Below are positions 51,031 to 61,821 of a stretch of 64,000 nt of DNA, piece by piece. Origin of the DNA: Microcoleaceae cyanobacterium (lineage in GTDB: Bacteria > Cyanobacteriota > Cyanobacteriia > Cyanobacteriales > Microcoleaceae); the NCBI GenBank assembly GCA_049647265.1, contig JBARXJ010000015.1, forward strand, positions 1-64,000, written 5' to 3'. Both the position numbers and the translations under genes were made by a program. Below the pieces are notes generated by a model that did not search any database, was not told where the DNA came from, and saw only the letters and a program-made list of their open reading frames with translations. The first letter of the stretch is position 1. Each line of letters starts with the position of its first letter.

Positions 51031-51900
51031 ATGGTTGCAGATATTTTCACCCTCAAAGATCGCTTGATATATCATATCAGGCAATGCTTACAGGGATTTT
51101 TCTCTCATCCGGTAATTCCAGAGCCTCAGATAGGACTTCATTTACTTCGGGGTCAGTATCCCATCACCTATCAATCGGCGATCGCCCACCGTCTCACTAC
51201 CCAATTTAACCAACCTGCAATAACAATTGCAACACAGATCGTGGATCAAATTCAAAGTAAAAGCACGGAGTTTTTTGTGTTTCCAAACTTACTCAAATTG
51301 GGTGGCGATCAAGCTCATATTACCTCAAACACTATGCCCTCGGGTATGATTCTCTTAGAATTGACGGATACGGGTGTGGCAAATTGGCTACACTATATGA
51401 CTAATATTTCGGCTGCACCCGGAAAAAGTAGGCCTCGAGCTGATTTTCCCAACGATTTATTTGATATACAATATAGCCATGCTAGGTGTTGCTCTTTACT
51501 GCGACGTGCTCATCAGGATGGCTTAATTACACTGACATCCCCACATCAAACCTTGACACAGCCGAACGGGCAGTGGTGTACTCCTCATCCACTTCCTTGG
51601 CTCACCTTAGCCCAGCAGTTACAGTTAACCCATACTGCTGAACATCTATTGATCGCTCAGTTAATCATGACGATGGATTGCTATAGTCTAGCTGCCCCGC
51701 CGCCGAACTGGACACAACTGGCTCATGATCTGAGTCGAGCATTTCAACAGTTTTATCAGTCTTGTCAAATATGGGGCGCAGTCAAACAACAAACCCCTCT
51801 ACTGGCTCAAACTCGTTTGGGGTTAGTCTGGATCACTCAAAAACTATTGTGCTCAATTTTACAAGAGCAGTTAAATATTATTGCTCCTTTTGAACTTTAG
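51031..51900 (+). CDS. Hypothetical protein (289 aa). Possibly a DALR/anticodon-binding-like domain protein.
   Basis: ORF only. The weak resemblance is not verifiable without a search. Confidence 0.3.
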   Translation: MVADIFTLKDRLIYHIRQCLQGFFSHPVIPEPQIGLHLLRGQYPITYQSAIAHRLTTQFNQPAITIATQIVDQIQSKSTEFFVFPNLLKLGGDQAHITSNTMPSGMILLELTDTGVANWLHYMTNISAAPGKSRPRADFPNDLFDIQYSHARCCSLLRRAHQDGLITLTSPHQTLTQPNGQWCTPHPLPWLTLAQQLQLTHTAEHLLIAQLIMTMDCYSLAAPPPNWTQLAHDLSRAFQQFYQSCQIWGAVKQQTPLLAQTRLGLVWITQKLLCSILQEQLNIIAPFEL

Positions 51901-52124
51901 CAATTCATTGCTCGTCATGGGTCGTTCGTTATTTGCGATTAGAAGTGGTTAGGGTGTAATGTGTAGGGTTTGCTCATTTCCCATTCCTTCCAACAAGCCA
52001 GAATAGATGATACATGATAGAGGACAAATTACCAATAACGAATAACCCTCTGCAACTGTGTCCCATTTTTCGATAAAATGCTAGGAGACCGTTCTTTATC
52101 ACGTTATTTATTTAAGAGCTGAGT

Positions 52125-53126
52125 GTGCCAAATCCGAACCGTAAACCTATCCTACTTGACTTTGAAAAGCCCCTGGCTGAGTTGACCTCCCGAATTGATC
52201 AAATTCGTCAACTCGCAGAAGAAAATGGGGTAGATGTCTCGGATCAAATTCATCAGCTTGAAACCCGCGCGACTCAACTGCGGCAAGAAATCTTTAGTAC
52301 CTTGTCCCCAGCTCAGCGCCTGCAACTGGCTCGTCATCCTCGTCGTCCGAGTACTTTAGACTATATCCAAGCGATGAGTGATGAGTGGTTTGAGTTACAT
52401 GGCGATCGCAGTGGCTCAGATGATCCCGCTTTAGTCGGAGGGGTTGCCCGGCTCAATGGACAGCCTGTTGTGATGCTGGGTCATCAAAAAGGACGAGATA
52501 CGAAGGATAATGTGGCTCGTAATTTTGGCATGGCAGCGCCTGGGGGCTATCGTAAAGCCATGCGGTTAATGGAACACGCCAATCGCTTCAATATGCCAAT
52601 TTTGACATTTATTGACACTCCAGGGGCTTGGGCTGGGGTTGAAGCGGAGAAACTGGGGCAAGGGGAAGCGATCGCCTATAACCTGAGAGAAATGTTTCAC
52701 TTGGATGTGCCAATCATTTGTACCGTGATCGGAGAAGGCGGATCGGGTGGTGCATTGGGTGTTGGTGTGGGAGAGCGGTTGTTAATGTTGGAATATTCGG
52801 TCTATACTGTTGCTTCCCCAGAAGCCTGTGCTGCCATTCTCTGGAAAGATGCCCGTCAAGCGCCGCAGGCGGCTACAGCGTTAAAAATTACAGCCCCAGA
52901 TTTAAAACAACTTAATATTATTGATCAAATCATTCCAGAACCGGAAGGAGGGGCACATCTGCATCCGTTACAGGCTGGAGAACTGCTGAAACAAGCCTTG
53001 CTCGAAAATTTAAAACAACTTAATCCCCTCAGCAGTCAACAGCGGCGTGAATTGCGATATCAAAAATTTCGTCACATCGGTCAGTTTACTGAAGCATCTT
53101 CCGAGTCAACGGTACACCGGACGTAA
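52125..53126 (+). CDS. accA: Acetyl-CoA carboxylase carboxyltransferase subunit alpha
   Basis: Conserved AccA core ([31 protein letters not shown]). Confidence 0.92.
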   Translation: MPNPNRKPILLDFEKPLAELTSRIDQIRQLAEENGVDVSDQIHQLETRATQLRQEIFSTLSPAQRLQLARHPRRPSTLDYIQAMSDEWFELHGDRSGSDDPALVGGVARLNGQPVVMLGHQKGRDTKDNVARNFGMAAPGGYRKAMRLMEHANRFNMPILTFIDTPGAWAGVEAEKLGQGEAIAYNLREMFHLDVPIICTVIGEGGSGGALGVGVGERLLMLEYSVYTVASPEACAAILWKDARQAPQAATALKITAPDLKQLNIIDQIIPEPEGGAHLHPLQAGELLKQALLENLKQLNPLSSQQRRELRYQKFRHIGQFTEASSESTVHRT

Positions 53127-53423
53127 AGTCGGCTGAGGGGGTGAGCGCTACACCAGATGTGTTCATCCCTATATCCCACGCCCTGCGTACTCACGTAACA
53201 ACGGGGTCAAAATCTGAAAAATCTGCAATATTTCTTCATGTATTGTCACTCAAAATTTCGAGATAAATCCAGTGGGTTAGGAAATTTAGTCAAACCATCT
53301 TGTCATCTGATTCAGAACGTGAGGTGATATAATGACGTAAGTAACAAATCTTTACATTTTTTCTCAGAATTTACTCATTACGGATTTGCTACAGTTGTTC
53401 TCATTGTTAACAAGCTTTCAATA

Positions 53424-54155
53424 TTGTCAATGACTACTCCCATAGAACGAGTCGCGCTGATTACGGGTGCAAGTAGTGGGATTGGTAAAGCAACAGCTCT
53501 AGCGTTTGCTCAAGCTGGGATTAACGTTGCCTTAGTGAGTCGCTCACCGGGTCCTCTCGAGGAAGTCGCAGCAACTGCAAGGGCATCAGGAGTCAAAGCA
53601 ACTGCTTATACCTTTGACTTATGCCAAATCAACAAAATCCCCAAGCAAATTGATGAAATTGTCGCCGATTTTGGTGCAATTAATATTCTGGTTAATAACG
53701 CTGGAATGGGTTATACCGCTCCTCTAGTCGATACGACTTTATCAGATTGGCAACGAATTATCGATCTTAATCTCACCAGTGTTTTTGAATGTACTAAAGC
53801 GGTACTACCAGGAATGCGTCAGCAGGGGAGTGGATCAATTATTAATGTTGTGTCCATTGCCGGGCAGCAAGTATTTCCCAACTGGGGTGCTTACTGCGTC
53901 AGTAAATTTGGTCTGATGGCACTTTCTAAAGCATTTGCCACAGAAGAACGAGCCAATGGAATTCGTGTCTGTGCCATTTGCCCTGGATCGGTCAATACGC
54001 CGATTTGGGATACAGAAACAGTCAACGCTGACTTTGACCGCTCAGCCATGTTAACCCCGGAAATCGTCGCACAGTCGATTCTTCATGCGGTACAACTGCC
54101 GAATCATGCTGTGATTGAAGAACTGACTCTGATGCCCAATGCTGGAACCTTTTAA
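53424..54155 (+). CDS. SDR-family oxidoreductase
   Basis: TGASSGIG cofactor motif, NNAG, catalytic YxxxK (YCVSK). Confidence 0.82.
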   Translation: MSMTTPIERVALITGASSGIGKATALAFAQAGINVALVSRSPGPLEEVAATARASGVKATAYTFDLCQINKIPKQIDEIVADFGAINILVNNAGMGYTAPLVDTTLSDWQRIIDLNLTSVFECTKAVLPGMRQQGSGSIINVVSIAGQQVFPNWGAYCVSKFGLMALSKAFATEERANGIRVCAICPGSVNTPIWDTETVNADFDRSAMLTPEIVAQSILHAVQLPNHAVIEELTLMPNAGTF

Positions 54156-54175
54156 AGTTCTAGACCCAGTCCACT

Positions 54176-54922
54176 TTGTTTTGTTTCAACACTTATCAAT
54201 TTTTTATTATGACTACTGCTTCTTCGGGTAACTCCAATACATCTAGCTTATCGAATGGAAATGTAACCAAATCTAACCCCATCTCAACTCGACCTGACCG
54301 AGCCACTTCACCCAGCTCTAGTCAATCTCAAAAGCAGAATATGATTGAAGTCAGCGACGAAGACATGATGGATGCGGTTCATACATTATTACGCGGTGTT
54401 GGAGAAGATCCCGAACGAGAAGGATTACTAAAAACTCCCAAGCGAGTGGCTGAAGCAATGCGGTTTCTTACCAGTGGCTATAGCCAGTCTTTGGAAGATT
54501 TAGTCAATAATGCCATCTTTGACGAAGGTCATGAAGAGATGGTGTTAGTGCGAGATATCAACTTATTCAGCCTTTGCGAACATCATATGCTCCCCTTTAT
54601 GGGTAAAGCGCACGTTGCTTATATTCCGAACCAAAAAGTGATCGGATTGAGTAAACTGGCCCGTGTGGTCGAAATGTATTCTCGGCGACTACAAGTTCAA
54701 GAACGCCTGACTCGCCAAATAGCAGAAGCCATTCAAACCGTTTTAGAACCTCAAGGGGTTGCGGTGGTGGTGGAAGCTAGCCATATGTGTATGGTGATGC
54801 GAGGCGTACAAAAACCCGGTTCTTGGACAGTTACCAGTGCGATGTTAGGCGCATTCCAAGATGACCAGAAAACCCGTGAAGAATTTCTTAACTTAATTCG
54901 TCATCAACCCAGTTTCTTCTAA
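54176..54922 (+). CDS. folE: GTP cyclohydrolase I (Ser/Thr/Asn-rich N-terminal region; the start codon may be an internal Met)
   Basis: CEHHMLPF zinc-site motif and QVQERLT. Confidence 0.85.
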   Translation: MFCFNTYQFFIMTTASSGNSNTSSLSNGNVTKSNPISTRPDRATSPSSSQSQKQNMIEVSDEDMMDAVHTLLRGVGEDPEREGLLKTPKRVAEAMRFLTSGYSQSLEDLVNNAIFDEGHEEMVLVRDINLFSLCEHHMLPFMGKAHVAYIPNQKVIGLSKLARVVEMYSRRLQVQERLTRQIAEAIQTVLEPQGVAVVVEASHMCMVMRGVQKPGSWTVTSAMLGAFQDDQKTREEFLNLIRHQPSFF

Positions 54923-54980
54923 ATTTTGCACTGTTGAAGTGGAGGCGTTATCAACATGGGTAGCGTCTCTGTGTCACGGT

Positions 54981-55592
54981 TTATCTAGGCAGAACATGAT
55001 CGAGTTGGAATTGTAACCCTGGAAATAGGGGTGATACAATTGGCTGCCCTAATCGATATTGCTGCTGGCTATATTCATCACCATCAAGTTGACAAACAGT
55101 AAAAGTAGGTTGCTTTGGTTTACCAATAAAAGCCACTCCACCTAATCCTCGAAAATCAACAATCCAATATTCAGGGATACCCAAGAGGGCGTACTCTTCT
55201 ACTTTCCGAGCATAATCAGTTTCCCAATTTGTACTAACTACCTCTACCACCAGTTTAATCGAACGACCTAGGGTAATGACAGGTTCTCGCTGCCACAGCG
55301 GTTCGCTACTTAATACAGTTTCATCCAATACAACAATATCAGGACGACGAGCCGTGGCAATATCAGCAAAGGGCTGAATTAAGCAAGTCCGAGGAATAAA
55401 CCAAGGCAATTGAGCATTCATAATTGCAATCCCAATTTGAGTTGCCAGTTTACCCCCGACAGCTTCATGGGGGCCGGTGGGTTGCATATCAATTAATTCT
55501 CCATCAGCCAGTTCATAACGGGGACTATCCTGATACTTTTCAATAAATTCATGGACGCTAAGGTATTTTGTCGATGTGTAGGTCATGATCAA
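54981..55592 (-). CDS. Uma2-family (DUF820) restriction-endonuclease-fold protein
   Basis: Family-typical length of about 200 aa and an N-terminal YELADGELI motif. Confidence 0.72.
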   Translation of the reverse strand: MIMTYTSTKYLSVHEFIEKYQDSPRYELADGELIDMQPTGPHEAVGGKLATQIGIAIMNAQLPWFIPRTCLIQPFADIATARRPDIVVLDETVLSSEPLWQREPVITLGRSIKLVVEVVSTNWETDYARKVEEYALLGIPEYWIVDFRGLGGVAFIGKPKQPTFTVCQLDGDEYSQQQYRLGQPIVSPLFPGLQFQLDHVLPR

Positions 55593-55836
55593 AAAGCGAT
55601 ATTTCTCATCATTGCTTTAAATTAAAATTTGCGGAATTTTGGATTAATCATAGCCTAAACTCATTCACCCTATGATCAACACTGGCGTATGCTCCTCAAC
55701 TTAGGCTAAGGTGATGTTTGGGAGAGAGGGAAAGTTATTTGTTTTCTTGTTTTAGGCGGTTAACCGCTTGCCTGCAATCACGAATAACCCATTGTGAACC
55801 CTTCCCTAATCACCCCTGCACAATTGACACTAAAGT

Positions 55837-57276
55837 TTGATTATGACTCAACCGATTAAGTTTGGGACAGATGGTTGGCGAGGCGTGATCGCGGATAGTT
55901 TTACCTTTGATCGCGTTGCAATAGTTGCCCCCCTAGCGGCTCAAGTATTAGAGGATGCTTACGGCAAAGAGGCAAAAAGCCGTACTGTGATTGTTGGATA
56001 TGACCGACGCTTTTTAGCTGAAGAATTTGCTCAATGTGCAGCAGAGGCGATTCAGAAAGCCGGATATGATGTGTTATTGAGCGAAACCTACGCGCCGACT
56101 CCTGCGTTTAGTTTAGTTGCCCATCAACAGCAAACTTTGGGGGCAATTGTGATGACGGCTAGTCATAATCCGGGGAAATACTTAGGCTTAAAAGTTAAAG
56201 GTGCATTTGGCGGATCGGTCAGTCCTGAGGTGACTAAAAAAATTGAAGCGTTAGTCGATCAAGGCGCACCTCAAGCCGAAACATCGGGTAAATTAGAATC
56301 GTTTGATCCCTGGCCGAGTTATTGTGAAACCCTCAAATCTAAAGTGGATTTAGAAGCGATTCAAGGGGCAATTAATAGTGGTCAATTAACGGTTTTTGCT
56401 GATGTTATGCATGGGGCGGCAGCCGGGGGATTGGCAAGGATTTTAGGGGATCAAGTGATTGAGATTAATAGCGATCGCGATCCTTTGTTTGGTGGCGGCG
56501 CACCGGAACCTTTACCCAAGTATATCCCTGAATTATTTCGTCAAATTAAAAGCCATAAAAAGAGTGGCGAAGGGTTAACGGTTGGATTGGTATTTGATGG
56601 CGATAGCGATCGCATTGCGGCGGTTGATGGGGACGGAAATTTCTTAAGTTCTCAAATTTTAATTCCAATTTTTATGGAACATTTAGCGACGCGCCGGGGT
56701 TTAACGGGAGAAATTGTTAAAACTGTGAGTGGATCGGATTTGATTCCTCGAATTGCTAAATTATACGATTTATCTTTATACGAAACACCGATTGGTTATA
56801 AATATATTGCGGATCGGATGTTATCTTCAGATGTACTAATTGGTGGCGAAGAATCAGGCGGTATTGGCTATGGGATTCATATCCCAGAACGGGATGCGTT
56901 ATTATCGGCTTTATTCCTATTAGAAGCAGTCGTTAAATCTGGAGAAGATCTTAGCGCCATTTATAGCCGTTTACAACAAGAAGTTGGCTTTACTTCAGCT
57001 TACGATCGGATAGATTTACCCCTAGCAAATATGGAAGTGCGAGGGCGTTTACTGCAACAACTACAAGATCATCCCATTCAAGAAATTGACGGACAAAAAG
57101 TGGTAGATTGTTTGACTGTAGATGGCTACAAATTCCGATGTGCTGATGATCGGTGGTTACTGATTCGTTTTAGTGGGACTGAACCCGTTTTGCGACTGTA
57201 TTGTGAAGCAAGGGATCTTAAAACAGTGCATCAAACCTTATCTTGGGCTAAAGATTGGGCAACACAAGTAACATGA
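55837..57276 (+). CDS. Phosphoglucomutase/phosphomannomutase-family sugar phosphate mutase
   Basis: Active-site serine loop TASHNPG. Mg site FDGDSDR. GGEESGG sugar-binding loop. Confidence 0.82.
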   Translation: MIMTQPIKFGTDGWRGVIADSFTFDRVAIVAPLAAQVLEDAYGKEAKSRTVIVGYDRRFLAEEFAQCAAEAIQKAGYDVLLSETYAPTPAFSLVAHQQQTLGAIVMTASHNPGKYLGLKVKGAFGGSVSPEVTKKIEALVDQGAPQAETSGKLESFDPWPSYCETLKSKVDLEAIQGAINSGQLTVFADVMHGAAAGGLARILGDQVIEINSDRDPLFGGGAPEPLPKYIPELFRQIKSHKKSGEGLTVGLVFDGDSDRIAAVDGDGNFLSSQILIPIFMEHLATRRGLTGEIVKTVSGSDLIPRIAKLYDLSLYETPIGYKYIADRMLSSDVLIGGEESGGIGYGIHIPERDALLSALFLLEAVVKSGEDLSAIYSRLQQEVGFTSAYDRIDLPLANMEVRGRLLQQLQDHPIQEIDGQKVVDCLTVDGYKFRCADDRWLLIRFSGTEPVLRLYCEARDLKTVHQTLSWAKDWATQVT

Positions 57277-57854
57277 TCAAAACGTTAGTGGTGGCAACGG
57301 GAAACCCCGGCAAACTGGAAGAGATGCAGGCTTATCTGTCAGAGTTTGACATACAACTGCAACTCAAGCCCCCAGAAATTGAGGTAGAGGAGACCGGAAC
57401 AACGTTTTTGGAAAATGCTGCACTGAAGGCGGTTATCGTGGCTCAGAAGACCGAACAATGGGCAATCGCGGATGATTCTGGTTTAGTAGTAGATGCTTTG
57501 GAGGGTGCGCCCGGTCTCTATTCGGCTCGTTATGGTTCGACAGATACAGAACGAATTAAAAGGGTGTTACGAGAGTTAGGAGACAACCCTAACCGCCGCG
57601 CCAAATTTGTCTGTGCGATCGCTCTAGCGCGTCCAGATGGTTCTATTGCCTTGCAAGTGGAAGGACATTGTCCAGGAGAAATTCTTACCACTCCCCGAGG
57701 TGAAGGTGGCTTTGGTTATGATCCGATTTTTTATGTTCCGGCTGAGCAAAAAACCTTTGCTCAACTGTCACGGTCACGAAAACACGCGATCTCTCATCGG
57801 GGAGAGGCTTTTAAACAGTTACTGCCTCAATTCAAACAATTGTTGAATCAATAA
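57273..57854 (+). CDS. rdgB: RdgB/HAM1 non-canonical purine NTP pyrophosphatase (start reassigned to the ATGA overlap with the mutase stop)
   Basis: VVATGNPGKLEE N-terminal motif and FGYDPIF. The ORF-track start at 57255 would overlap the mutase by 22 nt, whereas the ATG at 57273 gives a classic ATGA coupling. Confidence 0.78.
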   Translation: MIKTLVVATGNPGKLEEMQAYLSEFDIQLQLKPPEIEVEETGTTFLENAALKAVIVAQKTEQWAIADDSGLVVDALEGAPGLYSARYGSTDTERIKRVLRELGDNPNRRAKFVCAIALARPDGSIALQVEGHCPGEILTTPRGEGGFGYDPIFYVPAEQKTFAQLSRSRKHAISHRGEAFKQLLPQFKQLLNQ

Positions 57855-57915
57855 CATATAAGGAGTTCAGAAGTTGCAGGCTTAAACCATCAGCTAACCC
57901 CTCGAACTCCTCAGT

Positions 57916-58272
<357 letters not shown>

Positions 58273-58340
58273 TTATCATCGTATGACTTCGCCACAAAGC
58301 GTGACACCAGATTGATATCACCGCTCAGCCAGACTAATTT

Positions 58341-58354
58341 GTAGTGTATGATAC
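58341..58354 (-). promoter_or_regulatory. Candidate NtcA binding site (GTA-N8-TAC) upstream of glnB
   Basis: Exact GTAGTGTATGATAC palindromic consensus about 78-90 nt upstream of the glnB ATG. TATCAAT-like -10 element about 22 nt downstream on the glnB strand. Confidence 0.5.
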
Positions 58355-58553
58355 ATTTATCTGTAAGGTTACTTCAATGGTATAACAATAGTGGCAACTG
58401 ATAACAGACATTGCAAAATCAATATGGGATCTGGCAATTGTAAAGTGTTGTTAAAACTAGCCAATTTGGAAACCCATCAACTTTCTTGAAATATAGAATA
58501 AAGTCTTTATAGAATTTAAAAAATATATTGATAGTACCGAGAGAGGAACTCCT

Positions 58554-60392
58554 GTGCAACAAAAAACTAAAGTCGCTTCTAAACGTGCTAGCGGTGCATT
58601 TGCGTTGATTGATAGTTTGATTCGTCATGGCGTAGAACATATTTTTGGCTATCCCGGCGGTGCAATTTTACCGATTTATGATGCTCTATACCAAGCAGAA
58701 GCCACTGGAGAAATCCAACATATTTTAGTGCGCCACGAACAGGGCGCAAGTCATGCAGCCGATGGCTATGCCCGCGCCACAGGGCGAGTGGGAGTGTGCT
58801 TTGGTACATCAGGCCCTGGAGCCACAAATTTAGTCACAGGGATTGCCACAGCCCACATGGATTCAATTCCAATGGTTGTGGTGACAGGACAAGTTCCTCG
58901 CCCAGCCATTGGGACAGATGCATTCCAAGAAACAGATATTTTTGGGATTACATTGCCAATTGTTAAACACTCTTATGTGGTGCGCGATCCAAGGGATATG
59001 GGACGCATTGTGGCAGAAGCGTTTCATATTGCTAGTAGTGGTCGCCCTGGGCCTGTATTGATTGATATCCCCAAAGATGTGGGCGTAGAAGAATTTGATT
59101 ATGTTCCCGTCAACCCAGGAGAAATTACCTTACCCGGATATCGCCCCACCTTCAAAGGTCATCTGCGGCAAATTAATCAAGCGATTAAATTGTTACAAGA
59201 GGCAGAACGTCCTTTATTGTATGTCGGTGGAGGCGCGATCGCAGCCGGGGCACACGCTGAAATTAAACAATTAGCAGAACATTTTAATATTCCGGTCACC
59301 ACAACCTTAATGGGTAAAGGATCAATTGACGAACATCATCCTTTAGCGTTGGGAATGTTGGGAATGCATGGCACGGCTTATGCTAACTTCTCTGTGAGTG
59401 AATGTGATTTATTGGTTGCGGTTGGATCGCGGTTTGACGATCGCGTGACTGGAAAGCTGGATGAATTCGCCTCCCGCGCGAAAGTGATTCATATTGATAT
59501 CGATCCAGCCGAAGTCGGTAAAAATCGCATTCCTCAAGTTCCCATTGTTGGGGATGTAAAGCAAGTCTTAGCAGACTTATTACAACGTTGCCGAGAGTTA
59601 GGAGATAAAACCGACTCTAATCAGACAAAAGCTTGGTTAGAACGAATTAATCGTTGGCGAGAAGACTATCCGTTACAAGTGCCTCAATACCCCGATCAAC
59701 TCTCTCCTCAAGAAGTGATTGTGGCACTAACTGAGATGGCTCCGGAGGCCTACTATACAACGGATGTGGGTCAGCATCAAATGTGGGCTGCTCAATTCCT
59801 CAAAAATGGGCCGCGTCGGTGGATTTCTAGCGCCGGATTAGGCACAATGGGCTTTGGTATTCCAGCGGCGATGGGGGCAAAAGTAGCCTTACCGGACGAT
59901 CAAGTGATTTGTATTGCTGGGGATGCCAGTGTACAGATGAATATTCAGGAGTTAGGGACTTTAGCGCAGTATGGCATTGCAGCCAAAACCGTGATTATTA
60001 ACAACGGTTGGCAAGGGATGGTGCGCCAATGGCAACAAGCGTTTTTTGGTGAACGTTATTCCTCTTCTAATATGGAAATGGGAATGCCGGACTTTGTTAA
60101 GCTTGCCGAAGCTTATGGAGTTAAGGGAATGCAAATCACACACCGAGACGATCTCAAAGATGCGATCGCCGAAATGTTAGCCCATGATGGCCCAGTCTTG
60201 ATGAATGTGGTGGTTCACCGAGAAGAAAACTGTTATCCCATGATCGCGCCGGGTAAGAATAATGCTCAAATGTTAGGATTGCCTGAACGCAAACAGTTAG
60301 AAAAGGCAGCAGAATTGGTTTATTGCAGTAGTTGCAACACGAAAAATGTCGCTAGCAGTAACTTCTGTCATGAATGCGGCACTAAGCTTTAA
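58554..60392 (+). CDS. ilvB: Acetolactate synthase large (catalytic) subunit with an unusual C-terminal zinc-ribbon tail
   Basis: ThDP/FAD-enzyme motifs ([24 protein letters not shown]). Ends with [22 protein letters not shown]. Confidence 0.9.
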   Translation: MQQKTKVASKRASGAFALIDSLIRHGVEHIFGYPGGAILPIYDALYQAEATGEIQHILVRHEQGASHAADGYARATGRVGVCFGTSGPGATNLVTGIATAHMDSIPMVVVTGQVPRPAIGTDAFQETDIFGITLPIVKHSYVVRDPRDMGRIVAEAFHIASSGRPGPVLIDIPKDVGVEEFDYVPVNPGEITLPGYRPTFKGHLRQINQAIKLLQEAERPLLYVGGGAIAAGAHAEIKQLAEHFNIPVTTTLMGKGSIDEHHPLALGMLGMHGTAYANFSVSECDLLVAVGSRFDDRVTGKLDEFASRAKVIHIDIDPAEVGKNRIPQVPIVGDVKQVLADLLQRCRELGDKTDSNQTKAWLERINRWREDYPLQVPQYPDQLSPQEVIVALTEMAPEAYYTTDVGQHQMWAAQFLKNGPRRWISSAGLGTMGFGIPAAMGAKVALPDDQVICIAGDASVQMNIQELGTLAQYGIAAKTVIINNGWQGMVRQWQQAFFGERYSSSNMEMGMPDFVKLAEAYGVKGMQITHRDDLKDAIAEMLAHDGPVLMNVVVHREENCYPMIAPGKNNAQMLGLPERKQLEKAAELVYCSSCNTKNVASSNFCHECGTKL

Positions 60393-60476
60393 GCAGTGTG
60401 ATTTAGCCTCTTTTGCTTCTTTTTTAGACAGTGAGAGGGGCTAAAAAATTAAGTCATTCAAATCACAGATTGATGA

Positions 60477-60851
60477 ATGCTTTATAAAAAAATTTTAGTT
60501 CAAACGCTTAAATTACTACATCTTAGTATTCTAATTTTTGTGATTTTAGGAGGATTTTCTCCTAATTTATTCCTCTGTAAAATTCACTTAATTTTAATTC
60601 CTTTAATGATTTTGCAGTGGCAACTCAATCAAGGAACTTGTATTTTAACGAATATCGAAAATGCTTTAGAAGATACTTCTCCAGAAAAACAACAACAGCA
60701 AGGTCAATTTATTAAAAGTCTTCTCAGCCGCTGCTTTAATCCGCTCCCGTCCGATCAAACGATTAAAATAGGAATTTATAGTATAATTCTTATGGCTTGG
60801 TCAATTTCTGCGATCCGAGTTTTCATCATAAAATCTAGTAATTTCGTATAG
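60477..60851 (+). CDS. Hypothetical membrane protein (possibly DUF2784-like)
   Basis: ORF with three or four TM segments. AT-rich flanks. Confidence 0.35.
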   Translation: MLYKKILVQTLKLLHLSILIFVILGGFSPNLFLCKIHLILIPLMILQWQLNQGTCILTNIENALEDTSPEKQQQQGQFIKSLLSRCFNPLPSDQTIKIGIYSIILMAWSISAIRVFIIKSSNFV

Positions 60852-61029
60852 AAAGCCTATTATTAAAGCGTCAGAACAGTTTAAGTTCAGCTAAAAGCTA
60901 ATTAATTCCTGAGCTATGCATGATTATAATATTGATGAAAATATTGCTATCTAAATCCCATTAAATTTATGGCTAATAAAAAATTCCCGCTGCACTCAAC
61001 GGGAAATATAACATATCGATCAATTATAA

Positions 61030-61230
61030 TTATTGATTGGCTTGAGCTTCTTTAATTGCCGCAAAAAATAGAAAGATTCCTAATGGAATACTTAATCCTA
61101 AAATCACTGTTGTAATCAGTCCCCCTAACTGAGGGTCACCCGAAGATAACTCGAAGACTGAACCCACAGCGGCGATGCCTGCAATGCATGAACCCCCTAA
61201 AAATAAACCGCTTTTTGGAGTACCGACCAT
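61030..61230 (-). CDS. Small hydrophobic protein (66 aa, two predicted TM helices)
   Basis: ORF only, with Gly/Ala-rich TM segments. Confidence 0.3.
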   Translation of the reverse strand: MVGTPKSGLFLGGSCIAGIAAVGSVFELSSGDPQLGGLITTVILGLSIPLGIFLFFAAIKEAQANQ

Positions 61231-61257
61231 TGTTTTTCTATTCCTTAAGTTGATAAT

Positions 61258-61821
61258 TTATTTCATTCGTCGAACCGCTTTAGGGGAAAACTTATGCTTT
61301 GCGAGTTCTTCATTTAAAGCTAATTGATTTTCCACCCGGTCTACAAATAATACTCCACTGAGGTGATCCATTTCATGTTGAATTGCACGGGAGAGTAATT
61401 CATTCGCTTTGATGGTGCGAGGACGGCCATTTTCATCTTTAAATGAAACCTCGATTGCTTCTGGACGAACTACATCCATGTATACCCCAGGAATACTCAA
61501 ACAGCCTTCTTGAAACGGAGAAAGATCTGAACTATATTTCTTAATTACAGGATTAATTAAAATTAACGGTGGAGTCGTGGCGTTGTCGGGTTCACAATCA
61601 ATCACAATTACCTGTTTATGAACCCCGACTTGCGGTGCGGCTAAACCAATCCCATCTGCACTATACATCGTTTGCAGCATTTCTCGCACCAATTTGCGGG
61701 TTTCATCATCGACTCTCGACACTCGCTTAGCTGGTTGTCGTAAAACGCGATCGCCAAGATAATGAATCTCAAAAGGAGGATTTTCTAACTTTTGTTTTTC
61801 TACAACAATCTGACTTGCCAT
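61258..61821 (-). CDS. def: Peptide deformylase
   Basis: Motifs GIGLAAPQVG, EGCLSIPG and HEMDHL. Confidence 0.92.
   Translation of the reverse strand: MASQIVVEKQKLENPPFEIHYLGDRVLRQPAKRVSRVDDETRKLVREMLQTMYSADGIGLAAPQVGVHKQVIVIDCEPDNATTPPLILINPVIKKYSSDLSPFQEGCLSIPGVYMDVVRPEAIEVSFKDENGRPRTIKANELLSRAIQHEMDHLSGVLFVDRVENQLALNEELAKHKFSPKAVRRMK

Noticed and set aside
54176-54340. FolE N-terminal Ser/Thr/Asn-rich extension as an anomalous fusion
   Set aside because: E. coli FolE also has about 50 residues before the conserved core, so the overall length is normal. Only the exact start codon is uncertain.
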